Positions 9,357 through 19,086 of a stretch of 62,202 nucleotides of DNA are shown here, piece after piece. The DNA lies in contig NZ_DAIMHV010000002.1 of the NCBI RefSeq assembly GCF_036723115.1, positions 1-62,202 on the forward strand. Reading direction: 5' to 3'. The notes under the pieces are model-generated. The model saw only the letters and a program-made list of their open reading frames with translations, searched no databases and had not been told where the DNA came from. A program made the translations under genes and the position numbers. Position 1 is the stretch's first letter; every line of letters starts with the position of its first letter. This stretch comes from Phenylobacterium sp. (GTDB taxonomy: Bacteria; Pseudomonadota; Alphaproteobacteria; Caulobacterales; Caulobacteraceae).

Positions 9357-9911
9357 TCAGCCCACCTTCACCGTCGTGTCAGACAGGAACTCGTAGTCCG
9401 GGACGACCAGGTTGGTCGGGGCCGGGCCCTTACGGATGCGGCCGGACGTGTCGTAGTGCGAGCCATGGCAGGGGCAGAACCAGCCGCCATAGTCGCCGCC
9501 GCCGAAGGTCGGCACGCAGCCCAGGTGGGTGCAGGTGCCCACGACCACCAGCCATTCGGCCTTGCCGGGCTTGTGACGGTCCTCGTCGCGCTGCGGATCG
9601 GGCAGGTTGGCGGCGTCGTCGGCCACCGCCGCGGCGATCTCGGCCTCGGTGCGGCGCCGGACGAAGAGCGGCTTGCCCCGCCACTTGATCGTCACCTGCT
9701 GGCCCAGCGCCACCTTGGTGAGATCGAAGTCGACCGAGGCCAGGGCCAGGGTGTCCGCCGAGGGGTTCATCTGGTCGATGAACGGCCAGGCCAGAGCGCC
9801 CACGGCGCCGACCGCGGCCGCGCCTGCGGCGATGTGGATGAAATCGCGCCGGTTCGGGTCTTCGCCCGCGGCATGAGGATCGGGATTCTCGCCCACGACG
9901 GTGTCAGCCAC
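9357..9911 (-). CDS. petA: Rieske iron-sulfur subunit of the bc1 complex
   Basis: Tat motif NRRDFI, CTHLGC and CPCHGS boxes. Probable GTG start at 9911; the track's longer N-terminus is not Rieske-like. Confidence 0.95.
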   Translation of the reverse strand: MADTVVGENPDPHAAGEDPNRRDFIHIAAGAAAVGAVGALAWPFIDQMNPSADTLALASVDFDLTKVALGQQVTIKWRGKPLFVRRRTEAEIAAAVADDAANLPDPQRDEDRHKPGKAEWLVVVGTCTHLGCVPTFGGGDYGGWFCPCHGSHYDTSGRIRKGPAPTNLVVPDYEFLSDTTVKVG

Positions 9912-10146
9912 CTTTAAGCTACCCTTCGATTGCGGTGACGCCCCATAGGGACGCCGCCCGTTCGGACGCTCACGACAAGAAAATCGCGACGCCCCGCCTT
10001 CGGCCCGACCAGCGGCTCTGGTATGGCCTTTTCGGAACCCGACTGGGTCTGCTCGAATTTCGCATTGCATCACCGCCAAGCCAACGTGGCGACGCGTCGC
10101 GATTCGTCTACAGCCCCGACTAATCCCGTTGGCTGGATCGCTTAGA

Positions 10147-10620
10147 ATGCGTTTGGCGCTTTTTCAACCGGACATTCCGCAAAACGTCGGCGCAGCCCTC
10201 CGGCTGGCCGCCTGTCTGGACGTCGATCTCGAGGTGATCGAGCCCTGTGGTTTCCCGTTATCCGATAAGGCGGTGCGTCGCGCCGCCCTGGATTACGGGC
10301 GCCTGGCGCGCTGGACACGCAGGGCGAGCTTCGAGGACTTCCTCGCCGCGCCGGAGCGCGGCCAGGGCCGGCTGGTGCTTTTCACGACACAGGGCGCCAC
10401 CCCTCTGCACGATTTCGTCTTCCAGCCCGGAGACACCCTGCTGTTCGGTCGGGAGAGCTCGGGCGCGCCGCCGGAAGTTCACGCCGCGGCGGACGCCAGG
10501 GTGGTGATTCCCCTGGCGCCGGAGGCAAGGTCCCTTAACCTCACCGTCACGGCGGCGATCGCGGTTTCCGAAGCGTTGCGTCAGACCGGCGGATTTCCTA
10601 AGCCGGGGAACCATGACTGA
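10147..10620 (+). CDS. trmL: tRNA (cytidine/uridine-34-2'-O)-methyltransferase
   Basis: [36 protein letters not shown] (SPOUT). Confidence 0.9.
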   Translation: MRLALFQPDIPQNVGAALRLAACLDVDLEVIEPCGFPLSDKAVRRAALDYGRLARWTRRASFEDFLAAPERGQGRLVLFTTQGATPLHDFVFQPGDTLLFGRESSGAPPEVHAAADARVVIPLAPEARSLNLTVTAAIAVSEALRQTGGFPKPGNHD

Positions 10621-11488
10621 CAAAGCCACGCTCGACTCCTGGAACACGCGCGCCCGCGCCTGGTTCGATCAACTGCGCGACAGCATCGTCGGCGCGTTCG
10701 AGGCCCTGGAGGACGAGGCGCCCGACGCGCTCTATCCCGGCGCGCCCGGGCGGTTCGAGCTGACCCCTTGGGACCGACCGGCCGGCGGGGGCGGCGTCAT
10801 GGGGTTCATGCGCGGCGGGCGCCTGTTCGAGAAGTGCGGCGTCCATATCAGCCTGGTCCATGGCCAGTTCAGTCCGGAAATGGCCGCCACCATGCCCGGC
10901 GCCGACAAGGACCCAAGCTTCACCGCCACCGGCATCAGCCTGATCGCCCATATGCGAAATCCGCACGTGCCGGCCGTGCATATGAACACCCGCTTCCTGG
11001 CCACCAGCCAGAGCTGGTTCGGCGGCGGGGCCGATCTGACCCCCACCCAGGACTATCAGCGCACCCAGGACAACCCCGACGCCCAGGCCTTCCACGGGGC
11101 GATGAAGGCGGCGTGCGACGCCCACGACCCCAGCTGGTACGCCCCGTACAAGGCCCGCTGCGACGAGTATTTCTTCCTTACCCACCGTAATGAGCCGCGG
11201 GGCATCGGCGGCATCTTCTACGATCACCACAATTCCGGGGACTGGGAGCGGGACTTCGCCTTCACCCAGGATGTGGGTCGCGCCTTCCTGGAGGTCTATC
11301 CGAAGATCGTTCGCGGTCGCATGGGACAGGCCTGGGATGAGGCCGACCGGCAGGAACAGCTGGTGCGGCGCGGCCGCTACGTGGAGTTCAACCTGCTCTA
11401 TGACCGCGGCACCATGTTCGGGTTGAAGACCGGCGGGAACATCACCTCGATCCTTTCCTCCATGCCGCCCATGGTCAGCTGGCCTTAA
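10613..11488 (+). CDS. hemF: Oxygen-dependent coproporphyrinogen III oxidase
   Basis: [40 protein letters not shown]. Confidence 0.97.
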   Translation: MTDKATLDSWNTRARAWFDQLRDSIVGAFEALEDEAPDALYPGAPGRFELTPWDRPAGGGGVMGFMRGGRLFEKCGVHISLVHGQFSPEMAATMPGADKDPSFTATGISLIAHMRNPHVPAVHMNTRFLATSQSWFGGGADLTPTQDYQRTQDNPDAQAFHGAMKAACDAHDPSWYAPYKARCDEYFFLTHRNEPRGIGGIFYDHHNSGDWERDFAFTQDVGRAFLEVYPKIVRGRMGQAWDEADRQEQLVRRGRYVEFNLLYDRGTMFGLKTGGNITSILSSMPPMVSWP

Positions 11489-11553
11489 TGGCCGCACGCG
11501 CCTGTGAGGCGTGGGGATTTGCCCCGCGGACGTCCGGCGTGCGACAGTCGGTC

Positions 11554-12174
11554 ATGCGAGTGTCTTTGAGCGTAGCAGCCCGCCGCGCCGCCGTCGGAGC
11601 GGCGCTGGCCCTGTTCGTCGCCGGTTGCGAGCGCGGGGAGGTCGACCCGGAGCCCGCCCCGCCGCCGCCCAAGGCGGCCCCGGTGGTCGGCCCGGTCCTG
11701 CTGACCTTCGGCGAGGCCGGCGCGGGCGAACTGAGCAGCGCCACGACCCTGGACCGGCGTCGGATCGAAAGCCTGTTTCCCGGGGCGCGGGTCCAGGTCC
11801 GCACGGTGGACGGCGACGCCCCTGTGGAGATGATCACGGTTCGCCGGGACGACGGCCTGGCGCTGGACCTGCTGCCGGGCGCCACGGCGGGCCTGCTGGG
11901 GCGGATCATCGGCCGGGGCGGCCCGGTGGTGGGCGCCCTGGGCGAGCCCCTCGGAGCCGACTGGGCCGCCGCGGGCTTCGCGCCGGAGGACTGCCAGCCC
12001 GGGATGGAGGACCTGTCCGGCCGCGTGGTCTGCCATCGCCCGGGCGCGCCCCAGCTGGGCTACGTTTTCGAGACCGCAGGCTTCCAGGGGCCGGACGACG
12101 TCATGCCCAGCCCCGAGACCCTTGAGGCCTCGGCGCGGCTTTCGGCCTTTGTGTGGACGGCGCCGGCAGCCTGA
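11554..12174 (+). CDS. Lipoprotein, probably DUF1131/YfeY-like
   Basis: Lipobox (FVAGC), Pro-rich linker, C-x-PG..E...C pair, YVF, C-terminal FVW. The family call is by resemblance only. Confidence 0.65.
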   Translation: MRVSLSVAARRAAVGAALALFVAGCERGEVDPEPAPPPPKAAPVVGPVLLTFGEAGAGELSSATTLDRRRIESLFPGARVQVRTVDGDAPVEMITVRRDDGLALDLLPGATAGLLGRIIGRGGPVVGALGEPLGADWAAAGFAPEDCQPGMEDLSGRVVCHRPGAPQLGYVFETAGFQGPDDVMPSPETLEASARLSAFVWTAPAA

Positions 12175-12182
12175 CGCGGGCT

Positions 12183-12314
12183 TCAGCGCTGAAGCAGGTC
12201 AGCCACCTGGCTGGAGGTCAGGGGGTCAGGATTTCCCGCCTCCTCCTCGATACCCGCCACGAACAGGGCCGAGACCGCGCTCAGCGCGATGAAGATGAGC
12301 TTGGCGGAGGCCAC
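12183..12314 (-). CDS. Putative 43-aa small protein with an N-terminal hydrophobic segment
   Basis: AGGGAAAGGAAA RBS before GTG 12314; MASAKLIFIALSAVSALFVAGIEEEAGNPDPLTSSQVADLLQR. Confidence 0.5.
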   Translation of the reverse strand: MASAKLIFIALSAVSALFVAGIEEEAGNPDPLTSSQVADLLQR

Positions 12315-12330
12315 GGCGAGTTTCCTTTCC

Positions 12331-12385
12331 CTGGAGCGCGTTCCGATAAGTGGGGCTGCGCTCAAGTGTCTGAGTTTGGAGCCTG
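12331..12385 (+). repeat. CIR/MITE-like repeat, copy C (degenerate remnant)
   Basis: CTGGAGCGCGTTCCGATAAGTGGG...GCGCTCAAGTGTCTGAGTTTGGAGCCTG matches the left end and central spacer of copies A and D. Confidence 0.75.
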
Positions 12386-12447
12386 TGTCCGCAGGACAGC
12401 ATTCCCTTCCTTAAGGGATCGCGGCCGCCTGCGGTTCAATCGATAGG

Positions 12448-13155
12448 TCACGCCGTGGCGCTGGACCCCTCCAGAAAATTGGATATCCAACGCCCTACCC
12501 TCTGCCGGTCGTCCGGCGCCTCATAGCTGGCCACGGCGGCGTCGGCCTGCCCATCGCTATAGCGGGAGCCCCGTCGCGCCTCGATCAGCGCCCGCGCATA
12601 GTCCGGGGCGAACTCCGGATGGGGCTGCATTGAAATCGCCCCGTCCCCGTAGTCCAGCATCGCGTAGGGGGTGAAGGCTCTGGCGCCCAGCACCCGCGCG
12701 CCGGCCGGCGGCCGGACCACCTGGTCCTGGTGGGAGGCGGCCAGGGCCACAGGCCCGTCGCCCTCCATCCAGGGCTCGGCGGCCAGGACCTCATAGGCGT
12801 GCAGGCCCACGCCCCAGCCCTTGGGAGACTTGATCACCTGCCCGCCGAACGCCTCGGCCATGATCTGATGGCCGAAGCAGATCCCCACCAGGCGCGACCG
12901 CCCGCGGGCCTGCCGCAGAAAGTCCTTCAGCGGTTCGATCCAGGGCAGATCCTCATAGACCCCGGCGGACGAGCCGGTGACCAGATAGGCCTGGCAGGCC
13001 TCCGGCGAGGCCGGCAGCCGCCCGGCGTCGACGGCGAACTCCACATAGTCATGCGCCTCTTGCCCTAGCAGTTGGCGCATCATGGCCGGATAGTCGCCAA
13101 ACCGTTCCTGCAGTGCCTCGGGGGGTGCGCCGGTCTTCAGAATGCCGAGCCGCAC
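12448..13155 (-). CDS. Type 1 glutamine amidotransferase family protein
   Basis: YLVTGS, GICFGHQ (catalytic Cys), SHQDQV, QPHPEF. Confidence 0.9.
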   Translation of the reverse strand: MRLGILKTGAPPEALQERFGDYPAMMRQLLGQEAHDYVEFAVDAGRLPASPEACQAYLVTGSSAGVYEDLPWIEPLKDFLRQARGRSRLVGICFGHQIMAEAFGGQVIKSPKGWGVGLHAYEVLAAEPWMEGDGPVALAASHQDQVVRPPAGARVLGARAFTPYAMLDYGDGAISMQPHPEFAPDYARALIEARRGSRYSDGQADAAVASYEAPDDRQRVGRWISNFLEGSSATA

Positions 13156-13158
13156 GGT

Positions 13159-14409
13159 CTAGTAGGCCATGCCCTGGGCCACGGCCTTGAGTTTTTCGAT
13201 GGCCGAGAACTTGTCGTCGATGAAGTCGTGGTCGATCCACCAGTCCTCCACTTCGCGCAGGACGTCGCCCACCATCGGCCCCTTGGGCACCCCGGCATGG
13301 ACCACGTCATCGCCGGTCAGGGGGAAGGCCGGGGGACGCCAGCTGTCGCCCAGGGCCAGCAGGCCGCGCCACTGGGGAGCCGTGGCGGTGCGGTTGGAGG
13401 CCGCCCAGGCGAGCTTGACCCGATCATGGAAGGTCTGCGCCCCCAGGGCGTAGACCGCCCGGCGGGACTCCCGCGGGCTCATCCAGCTGGTGATCCGCAA
13501 CCCCTGGCCCTTGGCGGCCACCAGCCGGTCCCGCTCGGCGTTGGACAGGCGCAGGCGTTCGGCGGTCTGGGCCACGGCGATCTGATCGGCTGGCAGCAGG
13601 CAGGCGAGCCGCAGGAGCGGGTCGCATTCGAAGAGCATCTCGCTCTCGATCTCCACCAGGTTCTCGAAGGCCTCCAGCCCCCCCACGGCCGGCAGGACGA
13701 CGCCCAGCACGCCGGTTTCCTGCACCAGGCCCACAGCGGCCCGCGGATCATCGGCGGCCAGGAGCTTCAGCAGCTCCTTGGAGATGCGCTCGCCGGGCCG
13801 GTCCTTCAGCAGGTCCCGGGCGGCGGCGCAGGCGGCCAGGCCCGCGGCGTCCGGCGCGCCCTTGCCGTACCAGGCGTAGAATCGGAAGAAGCGCAGGATT
13901 CGCAGATAGTCCTCGGCGATACGCTCGGCCGGGTCGCCGATGAAGACCAGCCGTCCGGCCCGGGCGTCGGCGATCCCGGAGCCCAGGGGGTCATGCACCC
14001 TGCCCTCGCGGTCGGCATAGAGGGCGTTGAAGGTGAAGTCCCGCCGCTGGGCGTCCTCGGCCCAGTCGGTGGTGAAGGCCACCACCGCGCGGCGGCCGTC
14101 GGTCTCCACATCCCGGCGCAGGGTGGTGACCTCGAAACCCTGGCCCTTGGCCACGGCGGTGATCGTGCCGTGGTCGATCCCGGTGGGCGCGGCCTTCAGA
14201 CCCGCAGCCGTCAGGGCCTCGATCACCGCCGGCGGATCCAGGGTGGTGGCCAGGTCCACATCGTCCACCGGCCGGCCCATCAGGGCGTTGCGCACCGCGC
14301 CGCCCACCACCCGCACGCAGTCGCGCCCGCCCCGGGCCTCCAGGGCGTCCATCACGGCGGCGGCGGCCGGAGCGGTCATCCAGGACTTCTGGCCCAGGGT
14401 CTCGGTCAT
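13159..14409 (-). CDS. cca: CCA tRNA nucleotidyltransferase / poly(A) polymerase family
   Basis: VGGAVRN, DVDLAT, EVTTLRRDVETDGR, RRDFTFNA, EDYLRILRFFRF. Confidence 0.93.
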   Translation of the reverse strand: MTETLGQKSWMTAPAAAAVMDALEARGGRDCVRVVGGAVRNALMGRPVDDVDLATTLDPPAVIEALTAAGLKAAPTGIDHGTITAVAKGQGFEVTTLRRDVETDGRRAVVAFTTDWAEDAQRRDFTFNALYADREGRVHDPLGSGIADARAGRLVFIGDPAERIAEDYLRILRFFRFYAWYGKGAPDAAGLAACAAARDLLKDRPGERISKELLKLLAADDPRAAVGLVQETGVLGVVLPAVGGLEAFENLVEIESEMLFECDPLLRLACLLPADQIAVAQTAERLRLSNAERDRLVAAKGQGLRITSWMSPRESRRAVYALGAQTFHDRVKLAWAASNRTATAPQWRGLLALGDSWRPPAFPLTGDDVVHAGVPKGPMVGDVLREVEDWWIDHDFIDDKFSAIEKLKAVAQGMAY

Positions 14410-14696
14410 CGGGGGGTGGTTTCCTTCTCCTCGAAGCGGCCTGGCGTGACGCGGCCGCTTTCTGTCACTTCGGCGGGAACATAGGTCTCGCCGCGGTTGT
14501 CCGATTGGAACACGGTGGTGATCATCAGCGAAAGGCCGAACAGCAGCCCGCCCACCGCCACCAGCCAGGCCCAGGGGGTGGCGCCGATCTCCTTGCCCCG
14601 CCGCCTGGCCCAGGCCGCCCAGAGGAACCAGGCGGCGAAGGGGGTGGCCACCAGCAGGGCGCGCACCAGGAACAGGCTAAGCAAGGGCGCCTCCAT
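14406..14696 (-). CDS. Small membrane protein (DUF6111-like)
   Basis: Two hydrophobic segments and C-terminal YVPA....GRVTPGRF, in its usual position between the Nudix gene and cca. Start uncertain. Confidence 0.7.
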   Translation of the reverse strand: MEAPLLSLFLVRALLVATPFAAWFLWAAWARRRGKEIGATPWAWLVAVGGLLFGLSLMITTVFQSDNRGETYVPAEVTESGRVTPGRFEEKETTPR

Positions 14697-15321
14697 AAAG
14701 CCGGTCGTAAAGGGCCCTCAGCATGCCCGCCGTGGCCCCCCAGATGAACCTGTTCTCGTGCGTCATGGCGTAGAAGCGCCGCTTCTGGCCGGAGAACTCC
14801 CGCTCGTGCTCCTCGTGATTGGTCGGGTCCATGAGGAATCCGAAGGGCGTCTCGAAGATCTCGGCCACCTCGTCGGGGTTGGGCGTCAGAGAGAAGCCCT
14901 GCTCGATGAAGCCCACCACCGGGGTGACCAGATAGCCCGTGCCGGTGCGATAGGGGGTTGAGAGGCCGCCCAGGGTGATGTGGCTGCGGGCCAGGCCCAC
15001 CTCTTCCTCGGTTTCGCGCAGGGCGGTTTCCCAGATGGTCTCGCCGGGATCGCGCCGACCGCCGGGAAAGGCGATCTGGCCGGTGTGCCGCCGCAGGGTG
15101 TCGGATCGACGGGTGAGCAGGACCGAATAGCCATAGTCCCGCGGCACCAGCCCCACCAGCACCGCAGCCGGCGTCAGGGGCGGGCCGCCGGCGGGTATCC
15201 GGTCGGGTCGCAGGTCGAAGTCGGACTGGACGATCCCATCCACGGGATCGCGATCCTCCAGGGGGTCCAGGCGCTGGGTGATCCACTCACGCAGTTCGCC
15301 CAGGGGCGAGGTCGGGCTCAC
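14677..15321 (-). CDS. CoA pyrophosphatase (Nudix, NudL-like)
   Basis: AAVLV, LLTRRS..LRRHTGQIAFPGG, Nudix box ALRETEEEVGL, IWGATAGML. Confidence 0.92.
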   Translation of the reverse strand: MSPTSPLGELREWITQRLDPLEDRDPVDGIVQSDFDLRPDRIPAGGPPLTPAAVLVGLVPRDYGYSVLLTRRSDTLRRHTGQIAFPGGRRDPGETIWETALRETEEEVGLARSHITLGGLSTPYRTGTGYLVTPVVGFIEQGFSLTPNPDEVAEIFETPFGFLMDPTNHEEHEREFSGQKRRFYAMTHENRFIWGATAGMLRALYDRLYGGALA

Positions 15322-15896
15322 GGAGGCGAGGCCCCCGTCCCGTCCAGCGGGAACCAGGCGCCGCCGGAGGCCACGCCCAGGACCCCATCGCGGGTCTCGG
15401 CCATGTCCACCAGCTCATAGAAGACCGGCCGGGCGATCAGCGCCTCCAGTCCGCGCCGCACATGCAGATAGGGACGCGGTTCGCCGCTCTGGGCGTCGAC
15501 CTCCACCCGGATCGCATGATCGGGGCCGGCGAGCACCTCGTCGCCCACATTGGTCTGGAAGACCAGTTGGGCGGCGCCTTCGGCGTCGACGCGGCGGTCG
15601 AGGCGGATGGCCAGGAAGGGTGCGTCCTCGACCCTGATCTTCATCTTCTCCACCGGCGTCACCAGCCAGTAGCCGACCGGGTCCTTGCGCAGGACGGTGG
15701 AGAACAGGCGCACCAGGGCCTCGCGGTGGATGGTCGCGCCCTCATGCACCCAGCGGCCGTCGCTGCGGATGACGATGTCGATCTCGCCGGAATGGGGCGG
15801 GTTCCACAGGTGGACCGGCGGCAGGCCGCGGCCAGGCGCCTGCCGGGCGGCGGCGATCACGCCCTCCAGGGGCCCCTCGCTGACAATCTCGCTCAT
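15318..15896 (-). CDS. DUF1285 domain protein
   Basis: PPVHLWNP, DG.W.HEG, LVTPVEK..I.VEDAPF, PYLHVRRGLEA. Confidence 0.85.
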   Translation of the reverse strand: MSEIVSEGPLEGVIAAARQAPGRGLPPVHLWNPPHSGEIDIVIRSDGRWVHEGATIHREALVRLFSTVLRKDPVGYWLVTPVEKMKIRVEDAPFLAIRLDRRVDAEGAAQLVFQTNVGDEVLAGPDHAIRVEVDAQSGEPRPYLHVRRGLEALIARPVFYELVDMAETRDGVLGVASGGAWFPLDGTGASPP

Positions 15897-15928
15897 GACA
15901 GGCAAGGTAGGCGCGCCCGTCAGGCGTC

Positions 15929-16477
15929 TCAAGGCGCCGCTACGGCGCCCTGAAGCGGGTTTCCGGCCATGTCCCGGTCCCCGCCTTGCGCCAGGGGGCG
16001 AAGCAGAAGCCGCCGGGGATCGACCGGTCCGGGCATCACGATGGCCCCGGTGGCCTCGGCGGAAAATCCCAACCGGCCGAAAAAGGGCGGATCGCCCACC
16101 AGCAGGACGGCCCGCGCCCCGGCCCGAGCGGCGGCCTGACAGGCATGTTCCACAAGCTGCGCGCCCGCGCCCAGGCGCCGCAGACCGGACTCCACCGCCA
16201 GGGGACCCAGAAAAATCAGCGGGACGCCGCCCACGACGATCTCCGACTGGCGGACCACGCCGGCCAGCCGGCCGCCCTCCCAGGCGCAGAAGGACAGGTC
16301 AGGCCGCAGGGGCGCGATCTCGCGCACCCGCTCTGAGGCCTTGGCGAACCGGCCGGGACCAAAGGCGCGGTCCAGCAGGGCGTCGATCGCCGGGGCGTCG
16401 CCTGGGCCTTCAGGCCGGATGTCGAAGGGCGGGGGGCAGGCCATTGGTCCCGGGGCCGGGACAAGGGGAGCGGACAT
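15929..16477 (-). CDS. GNAT N-acetyltransferase (YhbS-like)
   Basis: AFGPGRF.KASERVRE, FLGPLAVE...RRLGAG, LLVGDPPFF.RLGF, MPGPVD. Start ATG 16477. Confidence 0.85.
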   Translation of the reverse strand: MSAPLVPAPGPMACPPPFDIRPEGPGDAPAIDALLDRAFGPGRFAKASERVREIAPLRPDLSFCAWEGGRLAGVVRQSEIVVGGVPLIFLGPLAVESGLRRLGAGAQLVEHACQAAARAGARAVLLVGDPPFFGRLGFSAEATGAIVMPGPVDPRRLLLRPLAQGGDRDMAGNPLQGAVAAP

Positions 16478-16554
16478 GGGGACTTTGCGAGGCTTTCGGA
16501 GGCTGACGAAGGGCAGGACGAAGCCGGCCGCGGCGGTCGCGGTCCCGGCGGGTG

Positions 16555-16599
16555 TCAGATGGCGCGGCGGGCGCGCTCCGTTCGTCGCAGCGCACGCAT
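16555..16599 (-). CDS. Putative Arg-rich leader peptide (14 aa, MRALRRTERARRAI)
   Basis: GAGGGG RBS 4 nt before ATG. Codons ATG CGT GCG CTG CGA CGA ACG GAG CGC GCC CGC CGC GCC ATC TGA. Ends 77 nt upstream of the GNAT start. Confidence 0.6.
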   Translation of the reverse strand: MRALRRTERARRAI

Positions 16600-16743
16600 G
16601 GCGCCCCTCGCGGTCAGCCTCGACGATCACGTCGCCGAAACCGGCCCGATAAGGCTTCGCCGCCCCCCCGTCAATGGCCGCGGCAAGGCCGTTGCGGCGC
16701 CGCGCCTGGCGCGCCAAGTTGCCGCCCCGTTTGCGAGACCGCC

Positions 16744-18000
16744 ATGTCCGAGTCGTCCGTCCCCCCGCCGCCGACCTCCGCCCGGGCGCTTCTGGCGGAG
16801 CGGGACTATCTCCTGTTCTGGCTGTCGCGCTGGGCCGGCTCGCTGGCCGTGCAGATCCAGAGCGTGGCCCTGGGCTGGCAGATCTATGAGCTGGCGCGCC
16901 GCACCATGTCCGTGGCCGATGCGGCCTTCATGGTGGGCATGATCGGCCTGGCCACCTTCATCCCCGTCTTCCTGCTGACCCTCCCCGCGGGAGAGGCCGC
17001 CGACCGCTACGACCGCCGCAAGGTGCTGCTGATCTGCTACGGGGCCGAGCTGCTCAGCGTGGCGGTGCTGGCCTACGCCACCTGGCAGGGGGTGGCCAGC
17101 GTGCCCCTGCTGCTGGCCGTGGCCGCGGCCTTCGGGGCGGCGCGGGCCTTCATGTCGCCGGTGGGCACGGCGCTCGGCCCCATGCTGGTGCCGCGCATCC
17201 TGCTGCCGCGGGCCATCGCCTGGAACTCCCTCGCCTGGCAGACCGCCTCCATCGCCGGCCCGGCCATCGGCGGCCTGCTGCTGGCGGTCTCCACCACCCT
17301 GGCCTACGGCACGGCCCTGTGCCTCTACGCCCTGGCCGCCCTGGCGGTCTTTCTGATCCGCCGCAACACCAAGCCCGCGATCCAGCCGGGCTCCCGCTGG
17401 ACCCTGATCAAGGAAGGCCTGGTCTATGTCTGGCGCCAGAAGATCGTCTTCGGCGCCATCTCCCTCGACCTGTTCGCCGTGCTGCTGGGGGGCGCTACGG
17501 CGCTTCTCCCCGTCTTCGCCCGCGACATCCTGCATGTGGGCGAGCAGGGCTTCGGCATCTTGCGGGCCAGCCCCGCCATCGGCGCGACCCTGGTGGCCCT
17601 TTTGCTGGCCGCCCGCCCCATCCGAACCCATGCCGGGGCCATGATGTTCGCCGGCGTCGCCGTGTTCGGCGCGGCGACCATCGTCTTTGGCCTGTCCAAG
17701 TCCATGTGGCTGTCGGTGGCGGCCCTCGCCGTCCTGGGGGGCGCCGACATGCTCAGCGTCTTCGTGCGCCAGACCCTGGTGCAGCTGGTCACGCCTGATC
17801 CCATGCGCGGCCGGGTGGCGGCGGTTTCGACCCTGTTCATCGGCGCCTCCAACGAACTGGGGGAGTTCCGGGCCGGCGTCTTCGCCAAGTTCATGGGGGT
17901 GGTCACCGCCGCCGTGGTGGGCGGCGCAGGGGCCTTGGTGGTCACCGCACTCTGGGCCAGACTGTTTCCCGCCTTGCGCAAGGCTGACCGCCTCGAATAA
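16744..18000 (+). CDS. MFS transporter (EntS/DUF894-like)
   Basis: About 12 hydrophobic segments, AGEAADRYDRRKVLL (motif A), GAISLDLFAVLLGG, TPDPMRGRV. Confidence 0.92.
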   Translation: MSESSVPPPPTSARALLAERDYLLFWLSRWAGSLAVQIQSVALGWQIYELARRTMSVADAAFMVGMIGLATFIPVFLLTLPAGEAADRYDRRKVLLICYGAELLSVAVLAYATWQGVASVPLLLAVAAAFGAARAFMSPVGTALGPMLVPRILLPRAIAWNSLAWQTASIAGPAIGGLLLAVSTTLAYGTALCLYALAALAVFLIRRNTKPAIQPGSRWTLIKEGLVYVWRQKIVFGAISLDLFAVLLGGATALLPVFARDILHVGEQGFGILRASPAIGATLVALLLAARPIRTHAGAMMFAGVAVFGAATIVFGLSKSMWLSVAALAVLGGADMLSVFVRQTLVQLVTPDPMRGRVAAVSTLFIGASNELGEFRAGVFAKFMGVVTAAVVGGAGALVVTALWARLFPALRKADRLE

Positions 18001-18035
18001 CACTTCGCGAAATTTTCTTTTAGGGAGATAGATCC

Positions 18036-18971
18036 ATGGGCGTATTGGAAGGAAAAGTTGTCCTCGTCACCGGGGGCGGCAACGGCATTGGTCGGGAGTG
18101 CGCGCTGATCGCCGCGCAGCAGGGCGCCGCGGTCGTGGTCAACGACCTGGGCGGCGGCCTGAAGGGCGAGGACGAAGGCTCCGCCGGTCCCGCCGAACAG
18201 GTGGCCCAGGAGATCCGCGCCGCCGGCGGCAAGGCGGTCTCCAACTCCGACAGCGTCACCAACTACAAGGCCGTCCAGGGCATGGTCGAACAGGCCATGG
18301 ACGAGTTCGGCGGCCTGCACGCGGTGATCAATCCCGCCGGCATTCTGCGTGACGTGATGTTCCACAAGATGTCGGAAGACGACTGGGACAAGGTCATCGA
18401 CGTGCACATGCGCGGTTCGTTCAACGTGGCCCGCGCCACGATCGAGCTGTTCCGCAACCAGAACGACGGCGCCTACATGTTCTTCACCTCGACCTCGGGG
18501 CTGCTGGGCAATATCGGCCAGGCCAATTACGGCGCGGCCAAGATGGGCATCGCCGGCCTGTCGCGGATCATCGCCATGGAAGGCGAGCGCAACAACGTCC
18601 GATCCAACTGCCTGGCGCCGGTCGCCTGGACCCGCATGACGCAGTCGGTGCCGGTGAAGGACGAAGCCGCCGCCAAGCGCCGCGAGGCCATGGCCGCGGC
18701 CATCCGTCCCGACCAGCCCGCCCGCCTGTCGGTGGCCCTGGTCTCGCCCTCGGCCGCCCACATTTCGGGCCAGGTCTTCGGCGCCTCGGGTGAGAACATC
18801 ATCCTCTACTCGCAGCCGCGTCCGATCTCGACCCAGACCAAGGAAGAGGGCTGGAGCGTCGACACCATCCTGTCGGAAGCCATGCCGGCCATGAGCGATA
18901 AGTTCTTCCCGCTGTCGCGCGGCCCCCTGGCCAGCCAGGGCGGCGCGGCCCCGGCCAAGCAGGGCGCCTAA
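18036..18971 (+). CDS. SDR family oxidoreductase (3-hydroxyacyl-CoA dehydrogenase-like)
   Basis: TGGGNGIG, VVVNDLG, AGILRD, GNIGQANYGAAK. Confidence 0.92.
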   Translation: MGVLEGKVVLVTGGGNGIGRECALIAAQQGAAVVVNDLGGGLKGEDEGSAGPAEQVAQEIRAAGGKAVSNSDSVTNYKAVQGMVEQAMDEFGGLHAVINPAGILRDVMFHKMSEDDWDKVIDVHMRGSFNVARATIELFRNQNDGAYMFFTSTSGLLGNIGQANYGAAKMGIAGLSRIIAMEGERNNVRSNCLAPVAWTRMTQSVPVKDEAAAKRREAMAAAIRPDQPARLSVALVSPSAAHISGQVFGASGENIILYSQPRPISTQTKEEGWSVDTILSEAMPAMSDKFFPLSRGPLASQGGAAPAKQGA

Positions 18972-19001
18972 GCGCTAGCGGTCGATCAGACCAAGACGGA
19001 G

Positions 19002-19037
19002 AGGCCCCGGTTCGAGAAGAGCCGGGGCCTTTTCTTT
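19002..19037 (+). terminator. Intrinsic terminator
   Basis: Stem AGGCCCCGGTT/AGCCGGGGCCT followed by TTTCTTT. Confidence 0.8.
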
Positions 19038-19086
19038 GTCGCGTCAGGAGTGGCGCTTCAGCCCCTGGCGGGCTAACTCGGGCCCC

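Noticed and set aside
12153..12446. 97-aa plus-strand ORF in the lipoprotein/amidotransferase gap
   Set aside because: It runs through a repeat remnant, has no RBS, and lies antisense to a better-supported small ORF.
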